64,000 nucleotides of DNA from Deltaproteobacteria bacterium (GTDB lineage: Bacteria > Desulfobacterota_D > UBA1144 > Nemesobacterales > CSP1-2): contig JBQTHB010000008.1 in assembly GCA_052390235.1 (NCBI GenBank), forward strand, positions 36,840-100,839, given 5' to 3'. The translations under genes were made by a program, and so were the position numbers. Positions 59,739 through 64,000 of the stretch are shown here, piece by piece; within the stretch, counting starts at the first letter, position 1, and the number at the start of each line of letters is the position of its first letter. The notes below the pieces were generated by a model. That model made no database searches. It saw only the letters and a list, made by a program, of their open reading frames with translations, and had not been told where the DNA came from.

Positions 59739-60392
59739 CTAGGCGCTCTGACGGGCTTTCTTCTCCAATACCTCACCCTTAAATATCCACGCCTTGATGC
59801 CGATTTTGCCGTAAGTCGTATTTGCCTCGGCAAACCCGTAGTCAATATCGGCTCTGAGCGTCGCAAGGGGAACCCTGCCTTCCCGATACCACTCCCTCCT
59901 CGCAATCTCTCCCCCGCCGAGCCTTCCCGATACCATGACCTTTATCCCCAAAGCCCCGAGCCTTAGAGCCGACGCAATTGACCTTTTCATAGCGCGCCTG
60001 TAAGCGACCCTTCTCTCTATTTGAAGGGCGACGTTCTCGGATACCAATTGAGCGTCAACCTCCGGGCGCTTTACCTCGCGTATGTCCAGATAGACGTCCT
60101 TGCCCGTGATTCTGCCCAGCTCCCTTCTGAGGGCTTCTATCTCCTGTCCCCTGCGCCCTATAATCATCCCCGGACGCGCGGCGTGAATGACGACCCTAAC
60201 CCTTTCAGATGCCGCTCTCTCAAGCTCAATTCGAGAGATGCCGGACTGGTAGAAACCCCTTTTTATTCTATTCCTTATCTCTATATCTTCGTGCAGAAGA
60301 GAGGTATATTTTCCCTTTTCGGCGAACCACTTAGAATCCCAAGTCTTCGTGATGCCGATTCTCAGTCCCACCGGGCAGATTTTCTGTCCCAC
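59739..60392 (-). CDS. rpsC: 30S ribosomal protein S3
   Basis: [24 protein letters not shown]. Confidence 0.99.
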   Translation of the reverse strand: MGQKICPVGLRIGITKTWDSKWFAEKGKYTSLLHEDIEIRNRIKRGFYQSGISRIELERAASERVRVVIHAARPGMIIGRRGQEIEALRRELGRITGKDVYLDIREVKRPEVDAQLVSENVALQIERRVAYRRAMKRSIASALRLGALGIKVMVSGRLGGGEIARREWYREGRVPLATLRADIDYGFAEANTTYGKIGIKAWIFKGEVLEKKARQSA

Positions 60393-60394
60393 GT

Positions 60395-60733
60395 TTATAA
60401 CCCCCTTTCGTCAAGCACTATTGTGATATGACTCGTTCTCTTTTTCCTAGGGAAAGCCCTTCCCATAGCTCTCGGTCTGAATCTCTTGAGGATAGTTGCC
60501 TGATTGGCGAAGGTCTCTTTTACATAGAGCGATTCGGTGTCCGTATGCCCTTTTTCAGCCGCATTGGCGACGGCGGATTTCAGTAGCTTCGCCACCAGCA
60601 GTGCGTTCCGCTTATTTAGAGACGAGAGGGTTGCAAACGCCTGCTCCACTCCATTCCCCCTGATGAGGTCAAGCACGAGCCTGACTTTTTTGGGGGATGT
60701 TTTTGCATTCTTATACAAAGCCTGAGAAACCAT
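60395..60733 (-). CDS. rplV: 50S ribosomal protein L22
   Basis: [25 protein letters not shown]. Confidence 0.98.
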   Translation of the reverse strand: MVSQALYKNAKTSPKKVRLVLDLIRGNGVEQAFATLSSLNKRNALLVAKLLKSAVANAAEKGHTDTESLYVKETFANQATILKRFRPRAMGRAFPRKKRTSHITIVLDERGL

Positions 60734-60755
60734 TTTTCACCCGCCAGAAATTAAT

Positions 60756-61049
60756 TTACGACCTTCCAACCTTTGCCTTTTTATCGCCGCCGCCTCCGGG
60801 ATGTCCCGTAAACGTGCGCGTGGGAGAGAACTCCCCCAGCTTATGCCCCACCATGTACTCGGTCGTATATACGGGAATGAACTTTTTCCCGTTATAGACG
60901 GAAAACGTGAGACCTATCATATCGGGTATGACCATAGAGGCTCTCGACCACGTTTTGATTATTCTCTGGTCGCTGGAAGCCCTGCTGGCTTCAACTTTTT
61001 TAAGCAACTTCGGGTCAATATAAGGACCTTTTTTCGCAGACCTTGGCAT
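60756..61049 (-). CDS. rpsS: 30S ribosomal protein S19
   Basis: PRS.KKGP, KTWSR, GHKLGEF.PTR. Confidence 0.98.
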   Translation of the reverse strand: MPRSAKKGPYIDPKLLKKVEASRASSDQRIIKTWSRASMVIPDMIGLTFSVYNGKKFIPVYTTEYMVGHKLGEFSPTRTFTGHPGGGGDKKAKVGRS

Positions 61050-61066
61050 CATTAACTCCTATATTT

Positions 61067-61909
61067 TTAATCCATTCCATAACCGATTCTTCTGCGCTTC
61101 ACTATATACTTATCGGTTCTCTTGTTCTTTCTCGTCTTATATCCAATTGTAATCCATCCCCAAGGCGACACCGGATGCGGATTTCCCTGAGGGGCTTTAC
61201 CCTCGCCTCCGCCGTGCGGATGATCCACCGGGTTCATGGCGACTCCCCTTACATGAGGGCGGCGTCCCATGTGGCGGCTACGACCGGCTTTTCCAATCAC
61301 TACAAGCTCATGTTCTAAATTGCCGACCTTTCCTACCGTCGCCATACAGCTCAGGTGAACCTTCCGCATTTCACCCGATACGAGCTTTATCTGAGCGTAT
61401 TCGCCGTCCTTAGCCGCGATTTGAACCGACGACCCCGCGGCGCGGGCGAGCTTTCCGCCGCCTCCGGGCTTGAGTTCAAGGTTATGCACCGTAGTGCCAA
61501 CGGGGATACTCCTAAGGGGAAGGGCATTTCCGGGGGCTACCTCGACGTTTTCGCCGGACATTACCGTGTTTCCCACCTTCATCTGCTCCGTGGCTATGAT
61601 GTAGCGCTTCTCGCCATCCACGTAATTGAGAAGAGCGATGCGAGCCGAGCGGTTCGGGTCGTATTCAATCGAGACCACTTTGGCGGGAATATCGAATTTA
61701 TCCCTCTTGAAATCTACAATTCTATAGAGGCGCTTGTGTCCACCGCCGATGTAGCGGCTTGACACTCTCCCCTGAGAGTTCCTTCCGCCCGAATCCTTAA
61801 TGGTTTGGGTGAGAGGCTTGAAGGGTTTATCAGATGTAATCTCGGAGAAATCGAGAGAGGTTTTAAATCTCGTTCCCGGAGTTTTCGGATTATACTTTTT
61901 AATGCCCAC
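61067..61909 (-). CDS. rplB: 50S ribosomal protein L2
   Basis: [30 protein letters not shown]. Confidence 0.99.
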   Translation of the reverse strand: MGIKKYNPKTPGTRFKTSLDFSEITSDKPFKPLTQTIKDSGGRNSQGRVSSRYIGGGHKRLYRIVDFKRDKFDIPAKVVSIEYDPNRSARIALLNYVDGEKRYIIATEQMKVGNTVMSGENVEVAPGNALPLRSIPVGTTVHNLELKPGGGGKLARAAGSSVQIAAKDGEYAQIKLVSGEMRKVHLSCMATVGKVGNLEHELVVIGKAGRSRHMGRRPHVRGVAMNPVDHPHGGGEGKAPQGNPHPVSPWGWITIGYKTRKNKRTDKYIVKRRRIGYGMD

Positions 61910-61911
61910 GT

Positions 61912-62199
61912 TTATACTCCCTCAAAAAATTCTATTTTCCCTTCTTTAAGCTTAACGTAAGCCTTCTTAACGGCTGATTTTTTTCCTACAGGCCTGCCCA
62001 GCTTCGTTACCACTTTGCCGAACGAGGTTAGGGTTCTGACCGTGTCAACCTTCACCTTGAAAATCTTCTCAACCGCTTCTTTTATCTCTTTTTTGTTTGC
62101 CCTTCTGCTGACGGCAAAAGAAATCCAGCCGAGCTCTTTTATAGCAGTGGCTTTCTCAGTAACAATCGGGCGTTTTATAATCTCTCTTGGCTCTTTCAA
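61912..62199 (-). CDS. rplW: 50S ribosomal protein L23
   Basis: P.VTEKA, ANK.EIK.AVE, KKAYV. Confidence 0.97.
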   Translation of the reverse strand: MKEPREIIKRPIVTEKATAIKELGWISFAVSRRANKKEIKEAVEKIFKVKVDTVRTLTSFGKVVTKLGRPVGKKSAVKKAYVKLKEGKIEFFEGV

Positions 62200-62816
62200 C
62201 CCTTCAGTACCTCCTGAACCTTGGAAAGCGAATCCTGAGTCAGAATAAGCGTTTTAAATTTCAACACATCATATAAATTAAGACCTTCGGTTTTTAGAAC
62301 CTTCACGTTTTCAATATTACCCGCCGACCTTTTGAGATTCTCGTTGTCCCCGTTTATGAGAATGAGGGCTTTATCGAGGTTGAACCTCTTAACGAATTCG
62401 GCGACCTGCTTAGTTTTTATCTGGGGGAGGTCAAAGTCGTTTAGAATCACTAAATCCCCGTCTCTGTGCTTGAGCGAGAGGGCGCATCTTAGAGCCTGGC
62501 GCCTCACCTTTTTCGGGATATTGTAAGACCAGTCCCTAGGCCTTGGGCCAAACGCCACGGCGCCGTGTCTCCACTGCGTCGCCCTCGTGCTTCCCTGCCT
62601 CGCGTTGCCCGTGTGTTTCTGCTTCCAAGGCTTCTTGCCTCCTCCGCTTACCTCGCCCCTGGTTTTGGTCGAAGCCGTTCCGGCGCGGCGGTCAGCCATC
62701 TGCCAATTTACGACATAGTAGAACAGATGCTCTTTTATAGGGGCTTCAAACACATCTGGGCTAAGTTCTACAGAGCCAACGCTATTTTTATTTATATCAA
62801 AGACTTCCTTAAGCAC
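62196..62816 (-). CDS. rplD: 50S ribosomal protein L4
   Basis: TKTRGEVSGGGKKPWKQK.TGNARQGS, FGP.PR, KTK. Confidence 0.99.
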   Translation of the reverse strand: MLKEVFDINKNSVGSVELSPDVFEAPIKEHLFYYVVNWQMADRRAGTASTKTRGEVSGGGKKPWKQKHTGNARQGSTRATQWRHGAVAFGPRPRDWSYNIPKKVRRQALRCALSLKHRDGDLVILNDFDLPQIKTKQVAEFVKRFNLDKALILINGDNENLKRSAGNIENVKVLKTEGLNLYDVLKFKTLILTQDSLSKVQEVLKG

Positions 62817-63459
62817 CTTGCCGTCTCCCTTTTGTTGCGTGTTTCACAAACACCAAGCCGCCGTCTGGGCCCGGAATAGAGCCTTTAATTATCACGAGAT
62901 TATTATCGAGGTCAACCCTTACGACCTGAAGACCTTGGCTCGTAACGTTTACATTGCCCATGTGTCCCGGCATTCGCATTCCCTTCCATACCCTTGCAGG
63001 ATAGGAGTGCTGACCGATAGAGCCGGGCTTTCTGTGAGACATACCGCCGTGCGAGTCGGGCTGACCCGCAAAGCCGTGCCTCTTCATAGCGCCGGCAAAC
63101 CCCTTTCCCTTGCTCGTACCCGTAACGTCAACCATGTCCCCATCTTTGAAAACGTCGGCTTTGATAACGTCTCCGTGATTATATTCGTCAGGAGCGCTGC
63201 CGATAAGGGGAAACTCTTTCAAAACCCTAAGAGGGGGAGCGGATGCTTTTTTGAGGTGTCCGAGCTTGGGCTTTGTTAGCCTCTGCGGTTTTACCTCTTC
63301 AAAACCGACCTGAACCGCAACGTAGCCCTCTTTTTCAGCCGTGCGTTTCTGGGTAACGAAACACGGGCCCAGCTTAACCACGGTTACGGGCAAAAGGGTC
63401 CCGTCCTGAATAAATACCTCGGTCATTCCAACTTTTCTGCCAATCAATCCTTGTATCAT
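62809..63459 (-). CDS. rplC: 50S ribosomal protein L3
   Basis: GRKVGMT, SKGKGFAG, PGSIG, MPGHMG; start at ATG 63459. Confidence 0.99.
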   Translation of the reverse strand: MIQGLIGRKVGMTEVFIQDGTLLPVTVVKLGPCFVTQKRTAEKEGYVAVQVGFEEVKPQRLTKPKLGHLKKASAPPLRVLKEFPLIGSAPDEYNHGDVIKADVFKDGDMVDVTGTSKGKGFAGAMKRHGFAGQPDSHGGMSHRKPGSIGQHSYPARVWKGMRMPGHMGNVNVTSQGLQVVRVDLDNNLVIIKGSIPGPDGGLVFVKHATKGRRQGA

Positions 63460-63516
63460 GAGAATGTATCCTATTGTGTCCAGACTAATAAATAAGCCCC
63501 ATACGCGCGCACGCAA

Positions 63517-63837
63517 TTACGCTCCGGGCAGTTTAATCTCTACCTCAACCCCTGAGGACAAATCGAGCTTCATCAGAGCGTCTATCGTCTGTTGTGTCGG
63601 CTCAAGTATATCAACGAGCCTCTTGTGAGTGCGCACCTCGAAATGCTCTCTCGAATTCTTGTCCACATGAGGAGACCTAAGCACGCAGTAGCGGCTTATA
63701 TGAGTGGGAAGCGGAACAGGCCCGGCAACACGCGCCCCAGTTCTCTTCACCGTATCAACAATTTCAACAGCGGACTTATCAAGCAATCTATGGTCAAATG
63801 ATTTTAATTTTATCCTAATTTTAGCGGCACGATTCAT
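63517..63837 (-). CDS. rpsJ: 30S ribosomal protein S10
   Basis: [25 protein letters not shown]. Confidence 0.99.
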   Translation of the reverse strand: MNRAAKIRIKLKSFDHRLLDKSAVEIVDTVKRTGARVAGPVPLPTHISRYCVLRSPHVDKNSREHFEVRTHKRLVDILEPTQQTIDALMKLDLSSGVEVEIKLPGA

Positions 63838-63874
63838 ATTTTATCCCTATTAAGTTACGTCAATCCCCACAGCG

Positions 63875-64000
63875 TTATTCAATAATATTGGTAACGACGC
63901 CGGCGCCTACGGTGCGTCCACCTTCCCTGATAGCGAACCGTAGTTTCTCCTCCATCGCCACAGGAACTATCAACTCCACATCCGTGTTTATACTATCCCC
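63875..64000 (-). CDS. tuf: Elongation factor Tu, C-terminal fragment (5' part beyond the window)
   Basis: My translation: ...[34 protein letters not shown]. Confidence 0.97.
   Translation of the reverse strand, partial: GDSINTDVELIVPVAMEEKLRFAIREGGRTVGAGVVTNIIE

Overview
A 64-kb stretch of bacterial chromosome with no rRNA, tRNA, CRISPR array, integrase or transposase that I can recognise. Gene content (sigma54 promoters and activator, long-form IorAB, F420 ligase, outer-membrane barrel) suggests a diderm, deltaproteobacteria-like lineage; this is inference only. The right quarter (48.6-64 kb, minus strand) is the tuf-S10-spc-alpha ribosomal superoperon, which lacks rpmD. The rest is mostly housekeeping: glyA-nrdR-tatD, pdxA, cobB, topA, nadBCA, cofE, ilvA, HU, sat-cysH, katG, iorAB, pdxH and an ilvB-like gene. 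Best candidates for undescribed systems: (1) 11.8-15.4 kb, a phage-free five-gene operon behind a sigma54 promoter with candidate IHF and enhancer sites, encoding two signal-less peptidoglycan hydrolases, a 2-TM protein, a helical lipoprotein and a small amphipathic protein, with the GH19 gene bracketed by a duplicated M15 3' end; (2) 0.6-3.7 kb, a His/Cys-rich RPP-ending leader protein ahead of a repeated His-motif secreted protein, an outer-membrane barrel and a cytochrome c; (3) 41.3-45.6 kb, a variant B12-binding CarH/LitR-type regulator with operator-like repeats over the promoter of a RpoD-like sigma factor operon; (4) 24.8-25.0 kb, a stand-alone secreted peptide with a double-glycine-like leader and a very hydrophobic Val/Ser/Thr core. 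Also seen: a PiT permease interrupted by an in-frame TAG, two genes needing ATT/CTG starts, and an AHAS homologue with one half of the active site rewritten.
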